Shown in pieces: positions 9,701-19,506 of a DNA stretch of 64,000 nt. The translations under genes and the position numbers were made by a program. Each line of letters starts with the position of its first letter. Position 1 is the stretch's first letter. The notes under the pieces were generated by a model. It did not search any database, was not told the origin of the DNA, and saw only the letters and a list, made by a program, of their open reading frames with translations. The stretch is from Fibrobacteria bacterium. Lineage in GTDB: Bacteria > Fibrobacterota > Fibrobacteria > UBA11236 > JADFYW01. The stretch spans positions 352,001 to 416,000 of the forward strand of contig JBNKOC010000012.1 of NCBI GenBank assembly GCA_050294405.1, given 5' to 3'.

Positions 9701-9886
9701 GTTTTTATTTTACAGAAAAGTACCATCCTTGTCTTGTTTCAAAAATGTTTCATGAATGGGTTTTGAAACAGACGGTTTAAATACCAAGTCGCCCTATGTA
9801 TTAATGTTTATAGTCTTTTTAAGACTTTAGGGCTGAGTATTTCGGTTCCAAAAGTAGAACTAAAATAAAATTCCTGAGCATTTTTT

Positions 9887-9914
9887 GTAACAACATTTAA
9901 ACAGTTTTGAAACA
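9887..9914 (+). promoter_or_regulatory. Three 11-bp-period direct repeats upstream of the repeat-lipoprotein gene
   Basis: GTAACA 9887, TAAACA 9898, GAAACA 9909; an inverted pair TGTTTCA at 9735 and 9746 lies further upstream. Confidence 0.55.
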
Positions 9915-9958
9915 AGGCATTTCCATATTTACTTGAAAATGTTTACACTGGAGGAAAA

Positions 9959-12900
9959 ATGAATTTATTAAAGGCTACCACATATATTGCAGCCTTATTC
10001 CTATTTTGGGGGTGCTTTGACAGCACAGGGCCGGATAAAAAGCCCCCCGGAGATTTGGAAGGTACTATAACAAAGGACATAACACTTGATGCGAAAATAG
10101 AATATACCATTGAAGGCATGGTGTATGTGGACAAGGGAGTAACTCTAACTATTCCCGAAGGAACGGTTATCAAAGCAAATGGTAAATCCGCTTTGGTTAT
10201 TCGACCTGGAGCTACTATTGAAGCTGTGGGCACCAAAGAAAAACCTATTGTATTTACCTCAGCCAATCCAAATCCCGAATCAGGCGACTGGGCGGGAATT
10301 GTAATTTTTGGAGAAGCTCCTGTTTCCACTGCGGATAACACTCAGAAGTTTGAAGCCGATGAAGGCGAAACTTTTGGAGGCACTAAAAAAGCAAGCAATT
10401 CCGGTATATTAAAATATGTCCGTATCGAGTACGCCGGTTATACGGTTGGACCCGATAAAGAGCTTAACGGCCTTACTCTTGGCGGTGTGGGCACAGGTAC
10501 CCAGATTAGTTATGTGCAAATCCATGCTGGTAAAGACGATGCCATAGAGTTTTTTGGCGGTACTGTAGAAGTTGACCACATTGTGGTGACCGATTACCAG
10601 GATGATGGATTTGATATAGATGAAGGTTTCGTTGGAAAATTAAGCTTTGGCTTAAATATTCAAGGTGATGAATCGGATAGATGTATAGAGGCGGGCAGCA
10701 AGGCTGTTAATAAAGATTTGTTAACTGCTCCCACATTTAGCAATATTACAATGTGGTGTAACTCCACAAATCAAGCCCTGCATTTAAAAGATAATGTGAG
10801 TGGAACTTACGAAAAATTTGTAGTTGTGAGCGATAGCGCCTCTGAATTGATTAAAGCGGAAGGCGATGTGACTTTAGCTAAATTAGCAGACGGTTCTACT
10901 GTATTTAGCGATTTTTTCTACGCAGGTAATTTTCAAAATTCTGTGATTGATGTTTCAGGCGATGAAACCATTGATATGAATGAATTGACCTCCAATTTTA
11001 CTCAAGTTTCCAATGCTTTAAATTCAAATTGGTCTGCAAAAAATGCGGCTATTAAAGATGCGGGCGCCGGGGCTATAGTGGGTAATGATTTGTGGTACGA
11101 AGATTGGACTATGGAAGGCACTATTACGGGAAAAGATGAAAACCCTGCCGAAATTGTTGTTCTTAGCGGCACCATCAGCGATGACATGACTTTAGAAGCA
11201 GGTGTGCAATACGAATTAAATGGATTTGTATATGTGGATGGGGCAACTCTTAGCATTCCTGCGGGAACCATGTTTAAATCCGCTGGCAAATCAGCTCTTA
11301 TCGTTAATTCAAATGCAAAATTGGAAGCCAAAGGCACTAAGGAAAGCCCCATTGTATTTACCTCAAAAGCCTCTTCTCCCGAAGCTGGAGACTGGGCGGG
11401 TATTGTTCTGTTTGGAAAGGCTCCTGTTTCCACAGCCGATCACACTCAAAGTTTTGAGGCTAACGAGGCGGATAAATTTGGCGGAGATACAGAAGAACAT
11501 AATTCCGGAACTTTGGAATATGTTCGAATTGAATATGCCGGTTATGTTGTAGCTACTGACAAGGAACTCAACGGTCTTACTTTAGGTGGTGTGGGCAGCG
11601 GAACAAAAATCTCTTACGTTCAAATTCATGAAGGAAAAGATGATGCCATAGAATTTTTTGGTGGCGCGGCGGAAGTGGATCACATCGTAGTGACTTCTTA
11701 TCATGATGACGGTTTTGATGTGGACGAAGGTTTTTCCGGCAGCATTAGCTACGGTATAAATATTCAGGGTGAAGGTTCTGACAGATGTATTGAAGCTGGA
11801 AGTAAAGCTGTGGACCCCGATATGATAACCGCGCCTACGTTCAGCAATATTACCATGTGGTGTAACTCCACAAATCAAGCGTTGCACTTAAAAGACAATG
11901 TAAGTGGAACTTATGAGAAATTTGTAGTTATCAGTGATAGCGCTTCTGAGCTTATTAAAGCTGAAGGTGATGTGACTATTGGTAAATTAAAAGATTCTTC
12001 CACCGTATTTTCAGATTTCTTTTATTCAGGAAGCTTCGTGAATGCGGTGCTGGATTTTGGTGCAGATTCTATTCAATCCACTTTAGACAGAGTTTCTCCT
12101 AATTTTGTTCAGGTAGCCAACCCTTTAAATGATGACCTTTCTGCTAAAGATTCCAAGGTAAAAGATGCAGAAGCTGGCGCCATTGTGGGTAGCGATTTAT
12201 GGTACGAAGATTGGACAAAAGAGGGTACCATCACTTCAAAATCAGGTAGCACCGGTGATGTGGTTGTACTTACTGGAACTATAAACTCAGATATGGAATT
12301 GGATGCCGACATTCAATATGAGCTCAATGGCTTTGTGTATGTGGAGGATGCCACATTGACTATTCCTGCAGGCACTGTTTTTAAATCTTCAGGTAAATCA
12401 GCGCTTATTATTACCACCACTGGGAAGTTAATGGCAGAAGGTACCGCAGACAAGCCAATTATTATGACTTCAAAAGCTGCCAATCCAGAAGCTGGAGACT
12501 GGGCAGGGGTTGTGGTATTTGGACAGGCACCAGTTTCCACGGCTGACAAAACGCAAAGTTTCGAAGCCAATGAATCTGATAAATTTGGTGGAAATGTAGC
12601 GGACCACAATTCGGGTGTTATTAAATATGTAATAATTGAATATGCCGGATATGTTGTGGCCACAGATAAAGAACTTAATGGTTTGACCTTAGGTGGCGTA
12701 GGTACTGGCACTGAAGTTAGCTATGTTCAAATCCACGAGGGAAAAGACGATGCGGTTGAATTTTTCGGCGGCAGTGTAAATGTGGATCATATTATTGTGA
12801 CTTCTTATCATGACGATGGTTTCGATGTAGATGAAGGCTACACAGGAACAATCAATTACGGAATCAATATCCAAGGCGAAGGTTCAGATCGCGCAATTGA

Positions 12901-14428
12901 AGCTGGAAGTAAGGCTGTGGATCCAAATCGGATTACAGCCCCTACTTTCAATAACATAACAATTTGGGCAAACTCCACAAATCAAGCATTGCATCTCAAG
13001 GACAACGTGGCGGGAACTTACAACAAATTTGTGGTTGTATCTGATTCTGCCACAGAAATAATAAAAGCAGAAGGTTCAGTGACTCTGGATGCTATTAAAT
13101 CCGGCGATTTGAAACTTTCCAAATTTTATTATTCAGGCGTAGCTGTGAATTCTTTAATAAGCGCAGCAGGAGACAGTGCGGCTGAAGCAGCATTAAGTGC
13201 TGGTATTACGCGCACCATGAATCCTTTAAACGCCGACTTGAGTCCTGCAGCAGCCGAGGTTATCTCTGATTCGGCCGGAGCTATTGTAGGGGATGATCTA
13301 TGGTATGAAGGCTGGTCTGTGGATGGCACTTTGGATTTGGGAAATGAACCCACTCCTGAAAATGTGGTACTTAGCGGAACCATTGACGCGGATATGGAGC
13401 TTTCCAACCTGCTGACATATGAATTGGATGGCTTTGTATATGTGGATGGGGCTACGTTAACTATTCCTGCGGGAGCATACATCGCTTCCTCTGGAAAATC
13501 AGCTTTGATTGTAAACCCTGGCGCCAAAATAATGGCCATGGGCAACGCAGCGAACCCCATTGTTTTCACATCTAAAGAAGAGAACCCCGAAACCGGAGAT
13601 TGGGCTGGAGTCGTTATTCTTGGTAACGCGCCTGTATCCACTGCCGACAGCACTCAGGCTTTTGAAGCCAATGCTACGGATATTTTTGGTGGAAAGGTTT
13701 CCAATGACAATTCCGGAGTATTAAAGTATGCCCGAATTGAATACGCAGGGTACGTGGTAGCCACAGATAAAGAATTAAATGGATTGACCTTAGGCGGCGT
13801 TGGTTCTCAAACTGAAATCAGCCATGTTCAAATCCATGAAGGTAAGGACGACGCCATAGAATTTTTTGGCGGAAGTGTAAATGTAGATCACATTGTAGTT
13901 ACTGCCTATCATGACGATGGCTTTGATGTGGATGAAGGCTTTAATGGTTCCGTTTCTTTTGGCCTTAATGTTCAAGGTGCAGAATCTGACAAAGCCATCG
14001 AAGCTGGTGATAAGGCTGTAAATCAAGAGCAAATTACGGCTCCCAGTTTTTCAAACATTACCATTGTTTCCAATGGCGTTAATGATGTGATTCATTTTAA
14101 GAACAATGTGTCAGGCAATTATGATAAGTTTGTAATTTTGACAGAAGGCGCGCCATCTCTTATAAAACTTGAGGGCGATGTTTCTATAGCCTCGGTTAAT
14201 TCAGACGAAACGGTTGTGACTAATTGTTTTTATACTGGCGACCCTGTAATTGTTACCAACACTGGAGATGCTTCAGCAGAAACCAAGCTTAATGCGGCTT
14301 GTTCCGATGTGGATAGCCCATTAAATGCGGATTATTCACCTGCGGCCTCCGCTGTTTCCGATGCAGAAGCAGGAGCCATAGTGGATGAACTTTGGTATAT
14401 GGGCTGGGTTAAAGCCGGCACTATCTAA
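9959..14428 (+). CDS. Large acidic surface lipoprotein with four tandem beta-helix-like domains
   Basis: Lipobox FWG|C; four ~360-aa repeats, each with TL.IP.GT, PIVFTS, GDWAG, NSG.L.Y.RIEYAG, ELNGLTLGGVG, DDA.EFFGG and DDGFD.DEG, ending LWY..W; GGAGG RBS. Confidence 0.85.
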   Translation: MNLLKATTYIAALFLFWGCFDSTGPDKKPPGDLEGTITKDITLDAKIEYTIEGMVYVDKGVTLTIPEGTVIKANGKSALVIRPGATIEAVGTKEKPIVFTSANPNPESGDWAGIVIFGEAPVSTADNTQKFEADEGETFGGTKKASNSGILKYVRIEYAGYTVGPDKELNGLTLGGVGTGTQISYVQIHAGKDDAIEFFGGTVEVDHIVVTDYQDDGFDIDEGFVGKLSFGLNIQGDESDRCIEAGSKAVNKDLLTAPTFSNITMWCNSTNQALHLKDNVSGTYEKFVVVSDSASELIKAEGDVTLAKLADGSTVFSDFFYAGNFQNSVIDVSGDETIDMNELTSNFTQVSNALNSNWSAKNAAIKDAGAGAIVGNDLWYEDWTMEGTITGKDENPAEIVVLSGTISDDMTLEAGVQYELNGFVYVDGATLSIPAGTMFKSAGKSALIVNSNAKLEAKGTKESPIVFTSKASSPEAGDWAGIVLFGKAPVSTADHTQSFEANEADKFGGDTEEHNSGTLEYVRIEYAGYVVATDKELNGLTLGGVGSGTKISYVQIHEGKDDAIEFFGGAAEVDHIVVTSYHDDGFDVDEGFSGSISYGINIQGEGSDRCIEAGSKAVDPDMITAPTFSNITMWCNSTNQALHLKDNVSGTYEKFVVISDSASELIKAEGDVTIGKLKDSSTVFSDFFYSGSFVNAVLDFGADSIQSTLDRVSPNFVQVANPLNDDLSAKDSKVKDAEAGAIVGSDLWYEDWTKEGTITSKSGSTGDVVVLTGTINSDMELDADIQYELNGFVYVEDATLTIPAGTVFKSSGKSALIITTTGKLMAEGTADKPIIMTSKAANPEAGDWAGVVVFGQAPVSTADKTQSFEANESDKFGGNVADHNSGVIKYVIIEYAGYVVATDKELNGLTLGGVGTGTEVSYVQIHEGKDDAVEFFGGSVNVDHIIVTSYHDDGFDVDEGYTGTINYGINIQGEGSDRAIEAGSKAVDPNRITAPTFNNITIWANSTNQALHLKDNVAGTYNKFVVVSDSATEIIKAEGSVTLDAIKSGDLKLSKFYYSGVAVNSLISAAGDSAAEAALSAGITRTMNPLNADLSPAAAEVISDSAGAIVGDDLWYEGWSVDGTLDLGNEPTPENVVLSGTIDADMELSNLLTYELDGFVYVDGATLTIPAGAYIASSGKSALIVNPGAKIMAMGNAANPIVFTSKEENPETGDWAGVVILGNAPVSTADSTQAFEANATDIFGGKVSNDNSGVLKYARIEYAGYVVATDKELNGLTLGGVGSQTEISHVQIHEGKDDAIEFFGGSVNVDHIVVTAYHDDGFDVDEGFNGSVSFGLNVQGAESDKAIEAGDKAVNQEQITAPSFSNITIVSNGVNDVIHFKNNVSGNYDKFVILTEGAPSLIKLEGDVSIASVNSDETVVTNCFYTGDPVIVTNTGDASAETKLNAACSDVDSPLNADYSPAASAVSDAEAGAIVDELWYMGWVKAGTI
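10055..14425 (+). repeat. Four intragenic tandem repeats of ~1.1 kb
   Basis: Units start near 10055, 11155, 12259 and 13364; protein blocks near-identical with synonymous DNA divergence. Confidence 0.9.
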
Positions 14429-14447
14429 AATTTGCCAATTCCAATTT

Positions 14448-14478
14448 AAAAGGCTCCAATTTTATTGGGGCCTTTTTT
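14448..14478 (+). terminator. Rho-independent terminator
   Basis: AAAAGGCTCCAAT-TTT-ATTGGGGCCTTTTTT. Confidence 0.85.
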
Positions 14479-14511
14479 ATTTTATAGAAGAATAAGAATT
14501 AGGAAAGAAAT

Positions 14512-15135
14512 ATGAACAATCAGTTTATTAAACAAAATATTTTTGTAATTGTTAAACTAAGTTTTCTTTTGATTTTTCTTGCCGGTTGCGGAAAAGAAAA
14601 CAGCCAAAAAGAAAAGGCCCAAGGCCAAAAGGAAGATAAAAGCGCCAGGCTTCATTCCGGGCTGGATACAACAAAAGTGGATATTAGTTCCCTGCCCAAT
14701 ATTAATTCTATTGTGCTGGAAAACAGCTATTCCAATATAGAAGAATTAACATCTGGTCTCAGCCAAAATTTAATGGATACCAATGTTCTGGAGGCCCAAA
14801 AGTTGTTGCCTAAATTTTCGGAATATGCCAAATTGTATTACTACTTGCCAGACCCGGATTTGAACCCAAATTCTGGAGAATTTATGGCGACATTGTATGT
14901 AAATGGGAATAAGAAAAATCTTCCTAGATGGTCTAGGGATTTCCACGAGAAAAAATGTGTAAAACTAATAACATCAGAGCCAAAGGAAATAAAGGAAGGA
15001 AAGGGTTATGAATTATTGTCAGGCATTCAAGTGGAATGCATGGATGATGTTGGAAAGAAATTTCACTTTCCCGTTTTTAAAACCGTGTTAAAAATTGGCG
15101 GTAAATATATTATCTGGTCTATTTTAGAAACTTAA
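14512..15135 (+). CDS. Hypothetical lipoprotein
   Basis: Lipobox LAG|C; 207 aa; family not recognised. Confidence 0.65.
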   Translation: MNNQFIKQNIFVIVKLSFLLIFLAGCGKENSQKEKAQGQKEDKSARLHSGLDTTKVDISSLPNINSIVLENSYSNIEELTSGLSQNLMDTNVLEAQKLLPKFSEYAKLYYYLPDPDLNPNSGEFMATLYVNGNKKNLPRWSRDFHEKKCVKLITSEPKEIKEGKGYELLSGIQVECMDDVGKKFHFPVFKTVLKIGGKYIIWSILET

Positions 15136-15845
15136 TTATAACTGGCTACCGAAGGGTTTTGTTCCATTTTTTCTTCGTTCCACTGGTATCCAAAACCTGT
15201 AATGGTTTCAATACAATACCCATAGGGTTTGATTTTATTGCGTAATCGGGTAATAACAATATCCACTGCTCTATAGCTGGATTTTGTATTCATCCCCCAA
15301 CCTTTTTCCAAAAGGGTTTCCCGTGTCACTGTCTTATTCTTTTTTTCAATAAGGATTTGTAATACATTAAACTCTCGGGGAGTAAGGCTGATTCGCCGTC
15401 CGTCAATTTTAACTTGATGCCTTTCGGGGTGAATTTCAAATTGGGCAATACGATAGGGTGCATGCGAACCATAAGCTCTGTTAAGTAACGCAGCCACCCT
15501 TGCCAACAAAATTTTAAAGGAAAAAGGCTTTGTTAGATAATCGTCTCCACCAGCCTGAAATCCCCGCAACATATCTTCTTCAGTATTTTTTGCTGTGAGA
15601 AATATGATTGGAATATTGGAGAGGCGCTCGTCTTTTTTCATCTTCTTGCTAATATCCGTTCCCTGAAGTCCGGGCAACATGATATCGCAAATGACCAAAT
15701 CAATTGTTTCATCGTATAAAACAGAAAATGCCTGGGTAGAGTTTTTGGCTATGAAAACTTGAAAATCTTCGTTTTCAAAACGAAATTTTAACAATTCTAA
15801 AATATCTTCTTCGTCTTCTATTATTAAAATTGAGTTATTTGACAT
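15132..15845 (-). CDS. Orphan OmpR/PhoB-family response regulator
   Basis: REC domain (EDE, VICDIMLP, TAK, KPF) plus winged HTH (IETITGFGY); no adjacent kinase. Confidence 0.9.
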   Translation of the reverse strand: MSNNSILIIEDEEDILELLKFRFENEDFQVFIAKNSTQAFSVLYDETIDLVICDIMLPGLQGTDISKKMKKDERLSNIPIIFLTAKNTEEDMLRGFQAGGDDYLTKPFSFKILLARVAALLNRAYGSHAPYRIAQFEIHPERHQVKIDGRRISLTPREFNVLQILIEKKNKTVTRETLLEKGWGMNTKSSYRAVDIVITRLRNKIKPYGYCIETITGFGYQWNEEKMEQNPSVASYN

Positions 15846-15896
15846 AATTTAGCTGCTTTTTAATGAATCAATCAGACTAAGAATAGCATCCAAACA

Positions 15897-15914
15897 TTAG
15901 GATTATGTTAGGAT
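15897..15914 (-). promoter_or_regulatory. 11-bp-period direct repeat (CTAACA class, Pho-box-like) upstream of the orphan regulator
   Basis: TTAGGAT at 15897 and 15908 (ATCCTAA on the minus strand). Confidence 0.5.
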
Positions 15915-16002
15915 GTGGTATTTATTTCAAATTCCCATAAATTTTATTGCATTGTCCCAAAAGCATTTAGTTATCGGTACCTCAAGCTTATGTTTCAAAC
16001 AG

Positions 16003-16042
16003 GAAACTTTTCTGATACCAATTGGAAACAGAATTGAAACAT
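16003..16042 (+). promoter_or_regulatory. Four 11-bp-period direct repeats (GAAAC class) upstream of the TonB energiser operon
   Basis: GAAAC 16003, GATAC 16014, GAAAC 16025, GAAAC 16036. Confidence 0.65.
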
Positions 16043-16064
16043 AAGGGGAGTTAATTTTGTTGGA

Positions 16065-16880
16065 ATGAAAAAGTTAATCTTAATGTCCGCTATTCTGCTT
16101 ATTGGAAAATACGGCTTTTCAGAGACTGAAAAATCTGTGAAGCTGGAAATAGAACAATTGCAGGAAAAAATAAAAGAAGAACGGCTCAAATGGGCCGGAG
16201 AAAAATCCGCTAGTGAAAAAGATGAGAAAAAAAGGATTAGCCAATTGGCCGATCTGGAAAGTCAGAAATTGGAATTCAAAGATAAGATTTCCGGATCGGA
16301 GTTGGAAATTGAGCATTTGTTAAATGAAATCGAAAAGGCTAAATCCAAGACCAAGAGGTTGGAAACATCCTTTGAATTCTATAACAAAATTGTGTTAGAA
16401 GAAGCCGGGGCTTTAAAAGACGCCATTGCTAATTCTATTCCAGTGCAGCTCAGTTCCCGAATGGAAAAAATAAACACTCTAATTCTTGATTTGAAAAAAA
16501 ACAAAATTAATCCTGAAGAGGCTTTAACCAGGTTGTGGGGGATCTATAGTTCGGAAGAACAAATGGCAAGTGAGGCTTTGGTATATTCCGGAAAAATAAA
16601 AGACGGTTCAGGAACCGAAGTTCCCGTAAAATATTTAAGGGTAGGAAAACAAATAGCTATGTATAGTAATGCCTCTGGAATTCATGTGGGAGTTTTGCGG
16701 AAAATAAAAAGCGGCGAGTGGAAGTGGCTGGATGAAAATGAACTTGATTCGGATGAAAGAAAGGCCGTGAAAAAAGCCGTGGAAGTGGCGGATGGAAAAG
16801 CCCTTCCCGGATTTACCTCAATACCACTGTTGGCGGAAAGTTTGGAGTTAATTGGGGATGAGGAGAATAAAAATGAATAA
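16065..16880 (+). CDS. DUF3450-like periplasmic coiled-coil protein (TtpB-like)
   Basis: Signal peptide, long coiled coil, SIP...R motif, YLRVGK..MY; heads an exbB-exbB-exbD-tonB operon. Confidence 0.75.
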   Translation: MKKLILMSAILLIGKYGFSETEKSVKLEIEQLQEKIKEERLKWAGEKSASEKDEKKRISQLADLESQKLEFKDKISGSELEIEHLLNEIEKAKSKTKRLETSFEFYNKIVLEEAGALKDAIANSIPVQLSSRMEKINTLILDLKKNKINPEEALTRLWGIYSSEEQMASEALVYSGKIKDGSGTEVPVKYLRVGKQIAMYSNASGIHVGVLRKIKSGEWKWLDENELDSDERKAVKKAVEVADGKALPGFTSIPLLAESLELIGDEENKNE

Positions 16881-18492
16881 GATAGTAACATCCCTATTTG
16901 TTTTATGCCTTTTAGTTTTTGGTTTTTCTGAAGACAGGCGTCGGGAAGAATTTAAGGAACAGCAGGCTTTAAATAAGCTCATTCTCCAAAGAAATGATCT
17001 GCAAAGGGAATTGGACGAGTTGAGAATTAATCGATGGCAGGATAAAAGAAACGCCATAGTTAAAAAACAAACTTTTAAAGAAGCCTGGGATAAGGCTCAG
17101 TTTGAAATGGACAAGTTGGACAGGCAAATGTCCCAGAAAAATGAGACTGTTCTCAGCTTAAAAAACCAGCACAAAGAGGCCTTTTCCCAGTTGGACCTGG
17201 TAAAAAGCAGAACCCGGGAATTCGGAATTCAAATTTCGGAATTGTTGGAGAATTGGAAAGCGGAAAGAGAGTATGGTTTTCCCGAAGCCAGAAATAAAAT
17301 AATAGCGAATCTTTCTGAAATCCAAAAAAATTTGGAATCTTCAGATTTTACCGCCAATATGGCTGATGTGCATAAATTGTTTGCCGCGAGAAATGAAGAT
17401 TTAAAAATGTCTCAGTCCTCAGAGATAAAGCGCACCCAATTCACTTTTTTAAATGCGGGCAGAGATTCTTCCACTGTAGCTGGAATTAACGTTCCTAAAA
17501 TTGAAGCGGGTTATGAAATAAGATTGGGAAACATATACAAAGCATTTGTTAGCACGGAATCGGGTCATTCTGCTATTCTGGGTAAAAGCGGAAACATTGG
17601 TGAGAACAGTTGGGTGTGGCTGGAAAATTTAAACCAGGATGTAAAAGACAGGTTTGTCCAGCTAAAACAGGATATATCGGGTTTCCAAAGCGGTGAGTCA
17701 CCTGTAAATACAATTTACTTTGTACCCATAGATGTTCAATTGAAAAATTCCATTGGAGAAGGTTATGTGGCTAATGAGCGTCTGGGGTTTTTAAAGGAAC
17801 TCAAGGAAGAATTGATTGGTGTCGGCTTTGTTTTATGGATATTGATTCCCATCATCATTATAGGATTGTTTAGCGTCACCCGAAAATTGGTGGTGTTTAT
17901 CAGTAAAGGGCTTTACAGCTCGGAGCGCCTTGGAGACAGGGTTATCAACTTGTGCCTGGAAGGCAAATATTTTGCGGCGAAAAATTTATGCAAAAACAAA
18001 AACAGCTCTTTGGCCCGTGTATTAAAGGCCATAATTGTGAAAAGGGATTTGGGGCGTGGAAAAGTTGAAGATGTTACTTATGAAATAATGCTTCACGAAT
18101 CCGCAACCATAGAAAAAAATATAGGAACCATTAACATCATGGCGGCAGCAGCTCCCTTGATTGGATTGTTGGGTACTGTTTCCGGTATGGTTAACCTTTT
18201 CTCTGCAATCACACTTCACGGCACGAGCGACCCTAAAGTTATGGCTTCCGGCATATCTGAGGCCCTGCTTTCCACAAAATGGGGTCTGTTGGCAGCTATT
18301 CCATTGTTGCTGTTGTACAACTGGGTAAGTAATAACTCTCAAAAAATGATTTCGGACATGGAGAAATACTCCACAAGGCTTATTAATGTATTGTATACAT
18401 ATGCCGGAGCGGATAGGGAAAATGAAATGAAAGAACTCCACGCTGATGAATTAAACAATCAGGTTGAGGTGGCGGAGAAAGTGGATGCTTGA
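16873..18492 (+). CDS. MotA/TolQ/ExbB protein with large periplasmic N-terminal domain (TtpC-like)
   Basis: Coiled-coil N-terminus plus C-terminal AAPLIGLLGTVSGM..GISEALLST..GL..AIP. Confidence 0.85.
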   Translation: MNKIVTSLFVLCLLVFGFSEDRRREEFKEQQALNKLILQRNDLQRELDELRINRWQDKRNAIVKKQTFKEAWDKAQFEMDKLDRQMSQKNETVLSLKNQHKEAFSQLDLVKSRTREFGIQISELLENWKAEREYGFPEARNKIIANLSEIQKNLESSDFTANMADVHKLFAARNEDLKMSQSSEIKRTQFTFLNAGRDSSTVAGINVPKIEAGYEIRLGNIYKAFVSTESGHSAILGKSGNIGENSWVWLENLNQDVKDRFVQLKQDISGFQSGESPVNTIYFVPIDVQLKNSIGEGYVANERLGFLKELKEELIGVGFVLWILIPIIIIGLFSVTRKLVVFISKGLYSSERLGDRVINLCLEGKYFAAKNLCKNKNSSLARVLKAIIVKRDLGRGKVEDVTYEIMLHESATIEKNIGTINIMAAAAPLIGLLGTVSGMVNLFSAITLHGTSDPKVMASGISEALLSTKWGLLAAIPLLLLYNWVSNNSQKMISDMEKYSTRLINVLYTYAGADRENEMKELHADELNNQVEVAEKVDA

Positions 18493-19105
18493 TTATATTA
18501 TTGAGGAAATTGCCAAAGGTGGCTGGGTTATACTTCCTTTATTTGTGGTTTCTGTCCTTGGCTGGGTCATTTCCTTTCAATGTATATTTAGGGTTTGGAG
18601 AAGAGAGCTTCCATTTAAATATCTTACCAAGAGAATCCGCTATCCGAAAACTTTGATAAACTGGTTAAGCAATTTAAACCCCAAAGAGAAAAGATCTTTT
18701 TCCGCCAGAGTACTGTTAAATGTGTTTCGGGCTAAGGCATTCGGGCAAAATGGGATGTTGGAAGCTTTGGATGAACAGATGAAGGCCACTGTTCCCGAAA
18801 TGGAGAAAGGCCTTGAAACTCTAAGAATATTAGCAGCCGCCGCTCCCCTTTTGGGGTTATTGGGAACTGTAATAGGTATGATTGATACCTTTAACGTATT
18901 GAGTGTTTTTGGCACTAATAACCCTGTGCTTATGGCCGACAGCATTTCCGTGGCCCTGGTAACCACCCAAAACGGGTTAATTGTAGCTATTCCTTTTATG
19001 TTAGTGCATATATTTTTAACAAACAGAATTTATAAAATTGAAAATGAAATAAACAAAGCATCGCACAGGATGATAAATTATTTAACCGAAACCAGTCAGT
19101 CATGA
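18485..19105 (+). CDS. exbB: MotA/TolQ/ExbB proton channel
   Basis: APLLGLLGTVIGMI..ISVALVTTQNGLIVAIP. Confidence 0.85.
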   Translation: MLDYIIEEIAKGGWVILPLFVVSVLGWVISFQCIFRVWRRELPFKYLTKRIRYPKTLINWLSNLNPKEKRSFSARVLLNVFRAKAFGQNGMLEALDEQMKATVPEMEKGLETLRILAAAAPLLGLLGTVIGMIDTFNVLSVFGTNNPVLMADSISVALVTTQNGLIVAIPFMLVHIFLTNRIYKIENEINKASHRMINYLTETSQS

Positions 19106-19506
19106 TTCCAAGAGTAAGTAAAAAAGAAAGAAAAGATGTTGAAATCGCCATAGTTAACATGGTGGATGTGGTGTTTGTATTGGTAATATTTTTTGTACTA
19201 ACCACTACCTTTACTAAGGAAACAGGTATAGATATCAACAAACCAAAAGCGAGTAGTTCCAAGCAATTGGCTAAAAGACCTATCATTATAGGTGTTTCGA
19301 GAACTGGAGAAATACATGTAAATGATAGGCAAGTCGATTTTTCCATATTAAGAAGCCTGCTTAAACGCAGTGCCCTGGAGGATAGTAATCCCACAGTGGT
19401 GATTCAATCCGACAAGCAGGCGGAAATGGGAGTGGTTGTTAAAATACTTGATGTATGCAATGAATTGGGGATTAAAAATTCCTCAGTATCCACTGAAGCG
19501 GGATGA
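19102..19506 (+). CDS. exbD: ExbD/TolR protein
   Basis: IVNMVDVVFVLVIFFVLTTTF..P.A; VVIQSDK. Confidence 0.9.
   Translation: MIPRVSKKERKDVEIAIVNMVDVVFVLVIFFVLTTTFTKETGIDINKPKASSSKQLAKRPIIIGVSRTGEIHVNDRQVDFSILRSLLKRSALEDSNPTVVIQSDKQAEMGVVVKILDVCNELGIKNSSVSTEAG

Noticed and set aside
9943..14032. Several 100-170 aa minus-strand ORFs that repeat within the big lipoprotein gene
   Set aside because: They are antisense shadows of the repeated plus-strand coding sequence, with no RBS or independent family signal.
10055..14425. Long repeats as a possible CRISPR array, mobile element or assembly collapse
   Set aside because: The units are ~1.1 kb in-frame protein domains with synonymous divergence; there are no spacers or cas genes.
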